From contig CAZUMA010000005.1 of the NCBI GenBank assembly GCA_964621835.1, positions 2,527 through 66,526 on the forward strand: a DNA stretch of 64,000 nucleotides, read 5' to 3'. The notes under the pieces were generated by a model. That model had not been told where the DNA came from and made no database searches. It saw only the letters and a program-made list of their open reading frames with translations. A program made the position numbers and the translations under genes. Shown here piece by piece: positions 28,126-37,386 of the stretch. Within the stretch, counting starts at the first letter, position 1, and each line of letters starts with the position of its first letter. Origin of the DNA: an uncultured Anaerolineales bacterium (GTDB lineage: Bacteria > Chloroflexota > Anaerolineae > Anaerolineales > UBA11858).

Positions 28126-28419
28126 TTAACCCTCTCCCGTGCCTTTCAGATCTTTCTTGATCATCGAAAAAACACGCTGATAATGCTGCCGGCGTTCCTC
28201 CCGCTGCTCAGCACTGGGTAGATGTTCCTCATGAAAAGCCATCACTGACCTCTGTCCCTTTTCAATCACCCGCACCTGGACGACCGCAGGACGCTGATAA
28301 GATCTTGGATGGCGGGTTATCCGGAGATGGAAAGCCGGTTGATAAATCCGGACCTCCCCAGACGTACCATCTGCCAGCCGGTAGCGAGCTCCTTTTTCCC
28401 ACCTGATCTCCCCACCCAC
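28126..28419 (-). CDS. SRPBCC (Aha1/BPI-like) family protein, N-terminus uncertain or truncated
   Basis: The track ORF starts at GTG 28419. The frame is open to 28506 and that stretch encodes an SRPBCC-like N-terminal motif (RTLPIDARFSWDWITAPEGIALWLG) with no ATG/GTG/TTG start. Confidence 0.5.
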   Translation of the reverse strand: MGGEIRWEKGARYRLADGTSGEVRIYQPAFHLRITRHPRSYQRPAVVQVRVIEKGQRSVMAFHEEHLPSAEQREERRQHYQRVFSMIKKDLKGTGEG

Positions 28420-28707
28420 CCCTAACCAAAGCGCAATCCCCTCAGGAGCTGTGATCCAATCCCAGGAGAACCTGGCATCGATCGGCAGTGTCCGGCAAAC
28501 ACCGATTTACCAGCCTGCGTCCCTGGTTAATCCTACCGGCCATTCCTTATCCTCAGAGATTATCTTCTCCATCCAACTGATACATCCCGGCTGTTCTTCT
28601 TCTCGATCCACCGGGCCTCTCAAGCCCTGACCCGGGATAGGGTCTGGCATTCCATTCGCTTTGCAGCAGGGTTTCCAGCAAGGCATCCTTCCGCCCCATA
28701 TTTTTGA

Positions 28708-29058
28708 TCAGATCTGCAAGAACCTTCTGAAAAAGACCGTGGTCCCGATCCCCGCCCCCCAGACCGCGTAGCCAGCCAGCAGGGTAGGGATCAACCGCCA
28801 ACCTGCGGCAGCAGCCAACCAGGCTGCCAGAAGAAATCCAAAGCTGGGGATAATGCTGATCATCATGCTGCGGCTGAAGGATTCCATGATCTCCTTTTTT
28901 CCCTGGTTCGCAGCATACACCACCCAGAGGGCAAGAGGCACTTTGGTGGGCATAGTTGCCGTCACCGCCGCGACCAGTTGGGATTGATTCTGGAGCAGGG
29001 CTACCAGAATGATCACCAGCACGGATACTGCCACCGGGAGATAGCTGCCCTTTTTCAT
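28708..29058 (-). CDS. small 4-TM membrane protein, paralogue A (unassigned family)
   Basis: The ATG at 29058 gives MKKGSYLPVAVSVLVIILVALL...LVAAVTATMPTKVPLALWVVYAANQG. It aligns along its full length with the neighbouring ORF 29167..29517, with most positions conserved by eye. Confidence 0.55.
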   Translation of the reverse strand: MKKGSYLPVAVSVLVIILVALLQNQSQLVAAVTATMPTKVPLALWVVYAANQGKKEIMESFSRSMMISIIPSFGFLLAAWLAAAAGWRLIPTLLAGYAVWGAGIGTTVFFRRFLQI

Positions 29059-29166
29059 TCTCCCACTCCTCCCGCCGCCAGGATCCAACAGCGACTCAAA
29101 CCCGGAATGCAGGAAAAAGCTGAGCAGATTGAAATTGCCCTCACGTTTCTGATTGTTTTTTGCAAT

Positions 29167-29517
29167 TTATACTCCCAGTACGGTCCGATAGAAAAACGTG
29201 AGACCTACCCCAACTCCCCAGACCAGATAACCAATCAGCAGGGTGGGAATCAGTTTCAGTCCTGCCTTGGCAGACAGCCACGCTGCCACCAGAAAAGCGA
29301 TTGTCGGCAGAATGCCGACAACCAGGCTGCGGCTGAAACCTTCCATGATCTCCTGCTGTCCCTGATTCGCAGCATAGACCACCCAGAGGGCAAGAGGCAC
29401 TTTAATGGGCATGGTTGCTGTGACCGCGGCAACCAGCTTGCTCCGTTTTTCCAGAACCGCGACCAGGACGATAATCACCACAGAAATCGCCACGGGTAAA
29501 TATTCTTGAATGACCAT
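29167..29517 (-). CDS. small 4-TM membrane protein, paralogue B (unassigned family)
   Basis: MVIQEYLPVAISVVIIVLVAVL...LVAAVTATMPIKVPLALWVVYAANQG is a tandem duplicate of the gene downstream. Confidence 0.55.
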   Translation of the reverse strand: MVIQEYLPVAISVVIIVLVAVLEKRSKLVAAVTATMPIKVPLALWVVYAANQGQQEIMEGFSRSLVVGILPTIAFLVAAWLSAKAGLKLIPTLLIGYLVWGVGVGLTFFYRTVLGV

Positions 29518-29524
29518 TTCCCTC

Positions 29525-30175
29525 CTAAGATTCCCTTCCGAAAAGGAATTCCAAGACCTGCTCCCAGATCAGATCATGCTGGTCTGCAAGCCGGTGATCA
29601 GAATCCACCTCAAGCAGGCTGACCTGCTGGGAGTATTTTTCAGCATAATAGCGGCTGTCCTCGATGGGCACAGTCTCATCCCACCTGCCATGAATAATCT
29701 GGGTAGCCGCCCGGGGCTCAACCATCTCCGTATACTGCAGTGCATCCTGATGAAATCGATAGGCCAGCGGGAGCTTTCCTGCAAAAGCGTAATGGTCAAT
29801 TTCCACTGTCCCCTCCCTCTCCCAGGAAGACAGTTCCTTCTCGTTCATGCTCAGGGATTGGTAAGCCAGAAGCGGGGCCAGTAAGAGCATCCTTCTCACC
29901 GGGTACAGCTCTGCGTAGCGGAGACTGACCAATCCCCCTAATGAACTGCCAATCAGCAGCGGTTCATTCACCTGGTGATCAAGCAGAAATTGACGGACAC
30001 GGTTGATCATCCCGGTAATGGACAAAAACCGAAAGTCCCTGGGGGTGGGATTGAAGTTGACAGCCAGGTAACGAAAATCATTGATATCTTGTGCTTTGTC
30101 CTGAAAGTACCTCCCTTTTTCACCACGATCGGAGGAAGCAAAACCATGAAGGTAAACCACGGCAGATTTTTCCAT
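29525..30175 (-). CDS. alpha/beta hydrolase (YqiA-like esterase family)
   Basis: VVYLHGFASS, the nucleophile elbow GSSLGG, and C-terminal D and H residues are present. The ATG at 30175 has an AGGAAAGGTGGGG RBS; the track start is GTG at 30184. Confidence 0.7.
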   Translation of the reverse strand: MEKSAVVYLHGFASSDRGEKGRYFQDKAQDINDFRYLAVNFNPTPRDFRFLSITGMINRVRQFLLDHQVNEPLLIGSSLGGLVSLRYAELYPVRRMLLLAPLLAYQSLSMNEKELSSWEREGTVEIDHYAFAGKLPLAYRFHQDALQYTEMVEPRAATQIIHGRWDETVPIEDSRYYAEKYSQQVSLLEVDSDHRLADQHDLIWEQVLEFLFGRES

Positions 30176-30399
30176 TATCCCCACCTTTCCTAAACCGTCC
30201 AGAGACGCTGGAGATACGCCCAGCCAGGGACAGAAGACCTTGTTGTATTGTATCCTACTGACTCGAATTGGAAACCTAAAAAATCCCTCTATGCACGCGC
30301 GCCGGCTGCTCTAAACCAGAGGCAGGATATAATCAAACTAAGGTACAAGACCTGCTTTCCAAAACCTATGCCTCGAACCTGAGGAACAAGGAGGCCGTC

Positions 30400-31413
30400 A
30401 TGGCAAGAATTCGCTGGGGGCTGGTCTCGACAGCCCGCATTAACCGGAAAATAATTCCCGCTATTCGTGAATCCGAACGCGGGGAGTTAGTGGCTGTCGC
30501 CAGCCGATCCGCAGATAAAGCGGAGTCGTATGCAAAAAAATGGGAAATTCCCGCTTTTTTCGGCGGATATGAGGAAATGATCACATCCGGAAAGGTGGAT
30601 GCAGTGTATATCAGCCTGCCCAATCACCTGCATGCGGCATGGTCTATCAAAGCCCTGCAATCGGGAGTGCATGTGCTCTGTGAAAAACCGCTGGCTTCTT
30701 CGCTAGAGGAAGTCGACGCCATGATCACAGCCAGCAGGGAGCACGGATGTGTCCTGGCAGAAGCTTTCATGTACCGCCATCATCCGCAAACCCGGCGGGT
30801 TGTTGAATGGGTCCGGTCTGGAAAAGTTGGGGAGATCTCTTTGATCCGCGGGACCTTTCATTTCCAGCTCCCCCAAAAACAGCGCCAAGCCGACAATCTC
30901 AATGTCCGCCTGGTTCCTGATTATGCTGGCGGAGCCCTTTGGGATGTCGGGGTTTATCCCATCAGCTATGCCCAATACCTCATCGGTCAGGCACCGGTCT
31001 GGGTGTTTGGATCCTGGCGGTTAGGATCTACCGGGGTGGATGAATCCTTTGCTGGACAGCTGGGATACAGCGGCTTTCAGCAGCCGGGCCCTGTGGCCCA
31101 GATCTCCTGCTCGTTTGAAACCCCCTTCCACACTGATCTGGAAATCATCGGCAGTGAAGGTGCGCTGAAACTCACCCGCCCGTTCACCAATCTAAACAAA
31201 CGGCAAAAGGTGGTCTATACCAACCAGAAAGGTCGGCGAAGGAAGCTGCGAGTCCCGAAAAAATCTCTCTACCTGGGAGAGGTGGAGGACCTGCACGCAG
31301 CCATCCTGGACGGGTCTCCCCCTTTGATCAGCCTCGAAGAATCCCGGAATCATATCGCCACAGTGCTGGCCCTGTATCAATCTGCCCGTACAGAGCAGGT
31401 GGTGAGGATTTGA
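30400..31413 (+). CDS. Gfo/Idh/MocA family NAD(P)-dependent oxidoreductase
   Basis: An N-terminal Rossmann segment (IRWGLVSTARINRKIIPAI) and the EKP motif (VLCEKPLASSLEEVDAM) are present. Confidence 0.85.
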   Translation: MARIRWGLVSTARINRKIIPAIRESERGELVAVASRSADKAESYAKKWEIPAFFGGYEEMITSGKVDAVYISLPNHLHAAWSIKALQSGVHVLCEKPLASSLEEVDAMITASREHGCVLAEAFMYRHHPQTRRVVEWVRSGKVGEISLIRGTFHFQLPQKQRQADNLNVRLVPDYAGGALWDVGVYPISYAQYLIGQAPVWVFGSWRLGSTGVDESFAGQLGYSGFQQPGPVAQISCSFETPFHTDLEIIGSEGALKLTRPFTNLNKRQKVVYTNQKGRRRKLRVPKKSLYLGEVEDLHAAILDGSPPLISLEESRNHIATVLALYQSARTEQVVRI

Positions 31414-31460
31414 GAAAATCAACCCGGGGCGGCAGGACTGTTCCGCCGTTCCCTCACAGA

Positions 31461-32138
31461 TTACCCCTCGGGCAGCACGACCAGGGCTGCCTGCTGCGCC
31501 GCTGGAGCAATCAGGCGGATCAAATCCTGGATCCTCTCCAGCTGGGATTGGATCTGACCCGGGTGTATTCCTGGGGGTCCGTAGGTCGTGAAAATGGCAG
31601 ATGTAGTCTCGGGGCGGATCCGTGTCCGATAGTCCGGTCCATAAATCACGGAGGAAACCACCCCCTGCTGATCCCGAATATACATATCCCCTTTTTTTAG
31701 TGCCTGTTCGGAGCCATCCATCCGCTGGTAGGTCTCCCCACCCTGAGCCACATCTGCCCTGAGTGGCAAGGATATCCTTTGCAAATCATGTACTGCGGTC
31801 AGGAGCCCTGTTTCCAATTCCGCCAGAAACATGGCTCCCACCAGCGCGGAAGGCGCCTGAATGGGTTTGTCGTGATGGATCACACTCTCCAACTGCAGCT
31901 GAACGTGATAGGTTTTCCGGAAATTTCGATAAAACGCATCGTAGGCAGCAAATACTGGTTGCTGACGCAGCTGCGGACGATCCATCCCACGGTAGCGCTG
32001 CTTAAGCTCTAAAGCCAGCTCCCGGCCAGCGGCTTCCAGCGCTGGATGGGAGGCGGGATTCTCCAGGTCCCGCAAGGCAATTATGCCCACAGCACCCTCC
32101 GGGTACATTCTCTGCCAGCGATCTGTCAGAGTAATCAT
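31461..32138 (-). CDS. B3/B4 tRNA-binding domain-containing protein (PheT B3_4-like stand-alone protein)
   Basis: 225 aa. The segment AMFLAELETGLLTAVHDLQRISLPLRADVAQGGETYQRMDG...DQQGVVSSVIYGPDYRTRI resembles the B3_4 family pattern (from memory). An AAGGAG RBS is present. Confidence 0.55.
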   Translation of the reverse strand: MITLTDRWQRMYPEGAVGIIALRDLENPASHPALEAAGRELALELKQRYRGMDRPQLRQQPVFAAYDAFYRNFRKTYHVQLQLESVIHHDKPIQAPSALVGAMFLAELETGLLTAVHDLQRISLPLRADVAQGGETYQRMDGSEQALKKGDMYIRDQQGVVSSVIYGPDYRTRIRPETTSAIFTTYGPPGIHPGQIQSQLERIQDLIRLIAPAAQQAALVVLPEG

Positions 32139-32154
32139 CCGCAGCTCCTTGGGA

Positions 32155-33180
32155 TCAATCCAGGATTTCCTCCACGGACCCAGCTACTTCCAGCCCAGCA
32201 CAATTCCCCCTCCCCTGATACAGAATCCTGCTCACCTCCCCTGTGCGGGATAACCCAGCCAGCGTTACTGATACACTGGCGGTCAGGCTTTCCAGGATCC
32301 GAGGGGTCATCCCCTCAAGTTCCGGGGAGGACAGCAGGCCCCCTGTCCCCCGCTCTGCCTGGATAACAAGCTGGTAAGCCGGGAAACCCGGGGATGAAGC
32401 GACTCGGGACCCTCCCCGTAAGGTCCAAGAAATATGGCTATCTGAAAGATTGAGCTCCTGGATCTCCGATCCCAGATAGGTAGTGAATCGGTAGAGCTCC
32501 TCCTCAAACAGAAAGCCCACCAGGAAACCTCGAAACCAGTTTCCCAGCCAGGGGATGGTGGCCGCGGAGGCAGTCAGAGAAATGCCTGGATCTGGAAAAT
32601 GATTGGTCTGCAGCCAGATGTAGGCCCGCGGGAAGGTCTGTCCCCAATCCTTCTCGATATATCCCCTTCCATCCTCAAAGGAGATCTTCTGCCCATTGAT
32701 CTCAAGGTTTCCATGAATTGGATGGTCGAGACTCAGCACGCCGTGATAGGTTTGCATGAAGGGGACCAAGCCATAAGGACCCATCACTCCTGGTGAGAAA
32801 AGCCTGACAGGCCAGGGCCGGAGATTTTCAAAGCGCAGTTCCCCGTGGATCTGCTGTCCCTGCCCCTGGATCTCCAGGGCACACCCGCCCGCCCAAAATC
32901 GGCTGTCCCCCACCTGGAGGTCGAAATCAGAACGTGAGGAAGCAAACGCCTCCAGGGGATATCGGTGGTACACCACCTGACTGGAGATCCCATCCAGCAC
33001 CTGGATGAAAGCATGGGCCAGGTCCGGGTCAGGGTGATGAAAAATCCCCGGGATGACAGCCCAGCGGTCTTCCAGGTCCTGGCCCACCAGCTTGAGGTAC
33101 CACCCTTCAAAAAAGACTTCCCGCTGACCCCGACCATGATATGCGCCTGGAATCCAGCGAGAACGGAATCTTTCCAGCAT
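32155..33180 (-). CDS. tocopherol cyclase-like family protein
   Basis: The ATG at 33180 gives MLERFRSRWIPGAYHGRGQREVFFEGWYLKLV. The FEGWY motif and ~340-aa length fit the bacterial tocopherol-cyclase-like family (from memory). Confidence 0.5.
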   Translation of the reverse strand: MLERFRSRWIPGAYHGRGQREVFFEGWYLKLVGQDLEDRWAVIPGIFHHPDPDLAHAFIQVLDGISSQVVYHRYPLEAFASSRSDFDLQVGDSRFWAGGCALEIQGQGQQIHGELRFENLRPWPVRLFSPGVMGPYGLVPFMQTYHGVLSLDHPIHGNLEINGQKISFEDGRGYIEKDWGQTFPRAYIWLQTNHFPDPGISLTASAATIPWLGNWFRGFLVGFLFEEELYRFTTYLGSEIQELNLSDSHISWTLRGGSRVASSPGFPAYQLVIQAERGTGGLLSSPELEGMTPRILESLTASVSVTLAGLSRTGEVSRILYQGRGNCAGLEVAGSVEEILD

Positions 33181-33211
33181 CACAAACCCTGGCCTTGTTC
33201 CTGCCTGGTAG

Positions 33212-33574
33212 TTAGATCCACTCCACCTCCTCGATGGTCCGCTCCCCTCCTGCATCCCCAGTATTAAGCGTGCCAGCTGGTTCCAGCATCAGGATCTGGC
33301 AGCCTCCTGACGAGGCAGGTTTATGCTCCACACCCGCCGGAACAACGCAGAGTTCTCCCTTTTTTAGGGGAAGCCTGCCGTCCCGCAAGTGCATCTCCAT
33401 TTCACCATCAAACACCAGAAAGAGCTCATCGGTCTCCGGATGGCTGTGCCAGACAAATTCTCCCTGGATCCTGGCAATTTTAATATAATAGTCATTGAGC
33501 TGAGCGATGACCTTTGGGTCCCAGGTTCGCTTTATTAACTGAAACTTATCTGCCAGATTGACGTTGTTGATCAT
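33212..33574 (-). CDS. cupin domain protein
   Basis: GEFVWHSHPETDELFLVFDGEMEMHL and VVPAGVEHKP are cupin motifs 1 and 2. ATG at 33574; the track start is TTG at 33604. Confidence 0.7.
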   Translation of the reverse strand: MINNVNLADKFQLIKRTWDPKVIAQLNDYYIKIARIQGEFVWHSHPETDELFLVFDGEMEMHLRDGRLPLKKGELCVVPAGVEHKPASSGGCQILMLEPAGTLNTGDAGGERTIEEVEWI

Positions 33575-33605
33575 CAGAGTCCAGTCCTTTTTGCGACCAC
33601 TCAAA

Positions 33606-34556
33606 TTATGGTTTGTGGCGGTAGATTTTCGTCTCGCATTCCCCCGCCAGGTTTTCCTTGGTGCAGATTTTTATCTGGGTCGCGATGTCATGCCCCGAAG
33701 GGTCATTTTTAAACTTCATAACGACAAAATGACCTTCTCCCGGGGTGAGATCATCCTGATCAGAAACCGATGTGCAGGATGCGTTGTATTCCTGAAAAAC
33801 ATTCTTTTCAATGGTCTTTGGATTGGATCCTCCGGTGTAATCGGTGGCAGAAGTCCTCCAGGACTCGAGTTTAAATGCCCCGACATTATCAATTCGATAC
33901 ATCAGATACCAGTCCGAACAAGGACCAAACAGGTCCTGGTAGGTAATTTTAAAATCCAAAGACTGGGTTGGGGTCGGGGGCGGAGTATACACCGGAAGCG
34001 TTTCCGTGTCCCCCTCCGGGGTGGCATACCTTCCCCACAGCCAGCAATAATCACCCGGTTTGTCTGGATTCTGGATGTACCAATATTTTTCTGTGGGGTC
34101 TTTTGCTACCAACGTCGATTCATCTCCGCTCAGCAAAACCGTTAACCAATCATACACCGCCCCTGGACCGGTTCGGCAGTTGGTATTTTCCGAGATGTAC
34201 AGCAGCGGTGCGTCCGATGTAGGGGTGAATGTGGCCGAGGGCGTAGGGGAAATTGTCGCTGAAGGTTGCGGGGTTTCAGACGCTCCAGGAGTTGCTGTTG
34301 GGCCAGGGGTATTTGTAGGGGCAAGCGGGTCAGGCTGATCCACCGGGGTTTCCCCGCCATCCTGCTGACCTGACGCCGCCACCGTCTGGGCAATGCTGGT
34401 TTCCACAATTCCTTCCGGTTGAAGTTCGGGTTGTTCCTCAACCCCGGCAGTCGGCAGGTTGCAGGCCAGGCTGGCAACGAATAAGATGAAAGCCGCTCCA
34501 AATATGGATGACAGCCTGCGAAGGAATCTTTCCGTGAGATGATTTCTAAACATCAC
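33606..34556 (-). CDS. secreted/anchored hypothetical protein with Pro/Thr linker and SH3b-like domain
   Basis: It has an N-terminal hydrophobic anchor and a PTxTP-rich linker. The segment NCRTGPGAVYDWLTVLLSGDESTLVAKDPTEKYWYIQNP resembles bacterial SH3. The C-terminal domain is Cys-containing. Confidence 0.5.
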   Translation of the reverse strand: MMFRNHLTERFLRRLSSIFGAAFILFVASLACNLPTAGVEEQPELQPEGIVETSIAQTVAASGQQDGGETPVDQPDPLAPTNTPGPTATPGASETPQPSATISPTPSATFTPTSDAPLLYISENTNCRTGPGAVYDWLTVLLSGDESTLVAKDPTEKYWYIQNPDKPGDYCWLWGRYATPEGDTETLPVYTPPPTPTQSLDFKITYQDLFGPCSDWYLMYRIDNVGAFKLESWRTSATDYTGGSNPKTIEKNVFQEYNASCTSVSDQDDLTPGEGHFVVMKFKNDPSGHDIATQIKICTKENLAGECETKIYRHKP

Positions 34557-34645
34557 TCTTCCTCCATGGACTTTCCTCCAGCGGCCTGTTCAGTTTTCTA
34601 AGAGGTGGCTGAAAACCGCCGGGCAGTCGGAGTTCAATCCCGATC

Positions 34646-34909
34646 CTAAAGGGATCCCAGGGTAGCCTCCAGTTCGTCAAATACCGCCGGGGGAAGAACA
34701 GCATAGGCCAGGCCCATCCCATAGAAAAAAGCCTCCAGGGCCTCTTGGCTATTTGTACGCATAATCAATTTATTCCCGCTGGAAACAGCCCAGCCATCTT
34801 CCGTTTTTCCAACAGAGAGCCCCCAATCCAACCGATTCGCCAACTGAATCCCTCCCTCCAGCTTTCCCCCGGGGAAATATGCGTCCAACATAGGCAGTTC
34901 ATTCATCAA
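34646..34909 (-). CDS. hypothetical protein (87 aa)
   Basis: ATG-initiated ORF immediately upstream of, and co-oriented with, the secreted protein gene. No motif was recognised. Confidence 0.35.
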   Translation of the reverse strand: MMNELPMLDAYFPGGKLEGGIQLANRLDWGLSVGKTEDGWAVSSGNKLIMRTNSQEALEAFFYGMGLAYAVLPPAVFDELEATLGSL

Positions 34910-35095
34910 ACACCCTCCTGGATAAAACCGATCGCCGTGTTGTCAGAGACTTTCCACCTTCTTGCTGCTCTGCCTTGTATTGTACATCAAACAACGGGAA
35001 GCCTTTGGGTTTTTGAGGGATCCAGGGCACCATCAGGGTTCATGGGGTGGATTTCAGATAGCACTGGCAGGTATTTGTGCTCCGGGCCAGGAAAT

Positions 35096-35129
35096 AAAAA
35101 AAACCCTGGATCTGACCAAAGATCCAGGG
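35096..35129 (-). terminator. intrinsic terminator after the AhpD-like gene
   Basis: The minus-strand RNA reads CCCUGGAUC-uuuggaca-GAUCCAGGG followed by U8 (plus strand A8 + CCCTGGATC tgaccaaa GATCCAGGG). Confidence 0.75.
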
Positions 35130-35158
35130 AGTTGGAAGAAACCAGGGATTGGCTGAGG

Positions 35159-35512
35159 TTATTGTTTTTTCTTAAACTGCTTCAGGGCTTCCAGCGCGGC
35201 AGACCCATACACCACTGCAGGTCCCCCGCCCATCAGGATCGCCACCCCAATCGTGTCGGCTATTTCCGCTTCCGTCGCCCCTGCTTCCAGGGCATCATGG
35301 ACATGAAACGCAATGCACCCATCACAGCGGACAGCAATCCCAATCGCCAGGGCAATCAGTTCCTTGACTTTCCCGCTCAAGGCCCCCTCTGAAGATGCTG
35401 CCCGATGCAGTTTCTGGAACCCTTCCATAATTTCCGGGCTGACTTTGCCGTACTCCCCCATGGATTTTTTCACCTTATCAAAAAAGGCTGGATAACTTTC
35501 AACTGCCATCAT
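35159..35512 (-). CDS. carboxymuconolactone decarboxylase / AhpD-like family protein
   Basis: 117 aa with the CxxC-type motif AIGIAVRCDGCIAFH characteristic of the AhpD-core family. Confidence 0.8.
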   Translation of the reverse strand: MMAVESYPAFFDKVKKSMGEYGKVSPEIMEGFQKLHRAASSEGALSGKVKELIALAIGIAVRCDGCIAFHVHDALEAGATEAEIADTIGVAILMGGGPAVVYGSAALEALKQFKKKQ

Positions 35513-35694
35513 GGACCTCCTCGGTCATATTTTTTATGATTATATTCATACTTATTATACTCTTCAATACGCAAGAAGAGAAGGGAAAGAGTCTGATTTT
35601 GATGGTTTTGATAGGTTTCTAACAGATATCTGCGATCGCATCCCGCTGCTGAAGTCCCCCCACCAGACCCCTGTCTCTTGGGGCCTCAAAAAGG

Positions 35695-37158
35695 TCAACT
35701 ATTGACCAACCGTAAAAACGAGTAATGGGTCACCGAAGCCGGGAGATTATGAAGAAAACAAATCCCCAACGCCAGCAGCATAACCCAATATCCCCAGGGA
35801 ATCCTGTTTTTGATCCGGTTCAGCCAGTACCCCCCCAGAATTGCCAGATAAGGGAAGGCCTGGATCACATAAGTCGCTTTGATGGTGTCTCCTTTTCCCG
35901 GGATCGGGTACATTATCAGGAACCAGAAATACCCCACCATTGTCAAGAGGATTGAAAATAAAAGATAAGCAGTGATGGTCTGAATAATCTCCTGGTCCGG
36001 TTGGGTATCCCCGGTGAGGATCACCTGACCCAAAGAGAACAACAATGAAGCCAAAAGCAGCCCTGAGGGAACTAACGAAACCAGATTTACCCGCCCCAGA
36101 TATCCCCGGATTGAGAAGTAATTGGTCACTACCCCGGGAGGAATTTCTCCTCCTCGAGCTATCTTTCGGATTTGATATCCATCCAGATACTCGCCGTTTT
36201 GCGTATCCACACCGAAGAGGGTGAAATACCCCCAGTAATCCCCCCAGATTTCTGAATAAAACGTGGGCACAAAGAGGTTCGAAAAATTGGGACGGACTGG
36301 CTTTTTGAAAATCTCCTCCCGTTGAAAATCGAGATAAAAATCCTTTGATTGGTTCCGAAGCGAAAAACTTGGGGCTGGTTCGCGGTTAAATGCGGAGAAG
36401 GATCCATATTGAACCTTGAGATTGGTGTAGAACCATCCTCCGACTGCGATTGATGTTACAGCGGCGATCAAGATCGTCTTAACAACCTGCCGCCGCAAAG
36501 AAGAATGACGCAGCCATTGATCCCCTAAGAGCAGAAACGCCCCAGGCAGAAGAAAGATCCCCCACTGCCGCGAGAGGATCAAACAGCCCATGATACCGCC
36601 AAGGAGTACAGCATTGACAGGTTTGTAGGTCTGACCTTGGATCATCCGCAGCAGGGAATACAGCAGCAAGACAGCAAAAAACACCAGGTAAGGCTCCCCC
36701 CTGACCTGGGAAAAGGTTTTATAGTACACAGGCAGAATCAGCAGGAGAACAAGTGAATTAAATTTCAACGAGGAATCCGGGTGGATCCTATCACAGCTGC
36801 GGATCAGAAAATAGGTTGCACCCAGTGAGAGAAGGAAATTGATCAATTGGGCAATTTTTCCTACCCAATACAGGTCCAGCTGAGTTAGAAACATGGTCAC
36901 TGCGGGCAGGAAATAAGGCAGGGGAGGCGAATAAAACTCATAGGTGTCATTTTGTGTGACAAGCCGGAGCTCAGCAAGCGCATCAATATACTTCAGATGA
37001 GCCCTGGCATCATACCCGATCCGCGGATCATGCAGGACTGCATTCGCCAGCACGATAGCATTGATCACGATAAACACCAGGATAAGCTTCTTATTCAGCC
37101 CTTCTGGGCTAGAAAAGGGTTTGAGGATGGTAGCAAGCCGATTACGGTTATTTGTCAA
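35695..37158 (-). CDS. polytopic GT-C fold glycosyltransferase-like membrane protein (GT39/ArnT-like)
   Basis: It has more than 10 TM helices. The track start is GTG at 37224. The TTG at 37158 is preceded by GGAGGG with an 8-nt spacer. The start is ambiguous and the family call is tentative. Confidence 0.5.
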   Translation of the reverse strand: MTNNRNRLATILKPFSSPEGLNKKLILVFIVINAIVLANAVLHDPRIGYDARAHLKYIDALAELRLVTQNDTYEFYSPPLPYFLPAVTMFLTQLDLYWVGKIAQLINFLLSLGATYFLIRSCDRIHPDSSLKFNSLVLLLILPVYYKTFSQVRGEPYLVFFAVLLLYSLLRMIQGQTYKPVNAVLLGGIMGCLILSRQWGIFLLPGAFLLLGDQWLRHSSLRRQVVKTILIAAVTSIAVGGWFYTNLKVQYGSFSAFNREPAPSFSLRNQSKDFYLDFQREEIFKKPVRPNFSNLFVPTFYSEIWGDYWGYFTLFGVDTQNGEYLDGYQIRKIARGGEIPPGVVTNYFSIRGYLGRVNLVSLVPSGLLLASLLFSLGQVILTGDTQPDQEIIQTITAYLLFSILLTMVGYFWFLIMYPIPGKGDTIKATYVIQAFPYLAILGGYWLNRIKNRIPWGYWVMLLALGICFLHNLPASVTHYSFLRLVNS

Positions 37159-37386
37159 TGGTGATACCCTCCGATGACATGGAATGCGATGTTCGAGAGC
37201 CTCGCTTGATCTAGTATAACCCACCAGATTGATCTGCGAAGGGCAGGACCGCGCCCGGATGCCCGCATCCCATGCGGCCCAATTTCCTGTGCTGATCCTG
37301 CAGTCATTTCCGGTCCTTCAGGAACCAAATCCACTCCCCGGACATGAGAATCCCGCGGGCAGCAGTTTGTAATCTAATCTGTTGCT

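Noticed and set aside
28553-28801. An 82-aa minus-strand ORF between the SRPBCC gene and membrane paralogue A.
   Set aside because: It overlaps the 3' end of the membrane-protein gene and has no RBS or motif. The non-overlapping tail (MGRKDALLETLLQSEWNARPYPGSG...) might be a gene fragment, but I cannot support that.
29059-29166. A guanidine-II (mini-ykkC) or other small riboswitch in the 108-nt spacer between the two small membrane-protein paralogues.
   Set aside because: There are no paired hairpins with ACGR loops. Only a single ACGU lies in an unstructured context.
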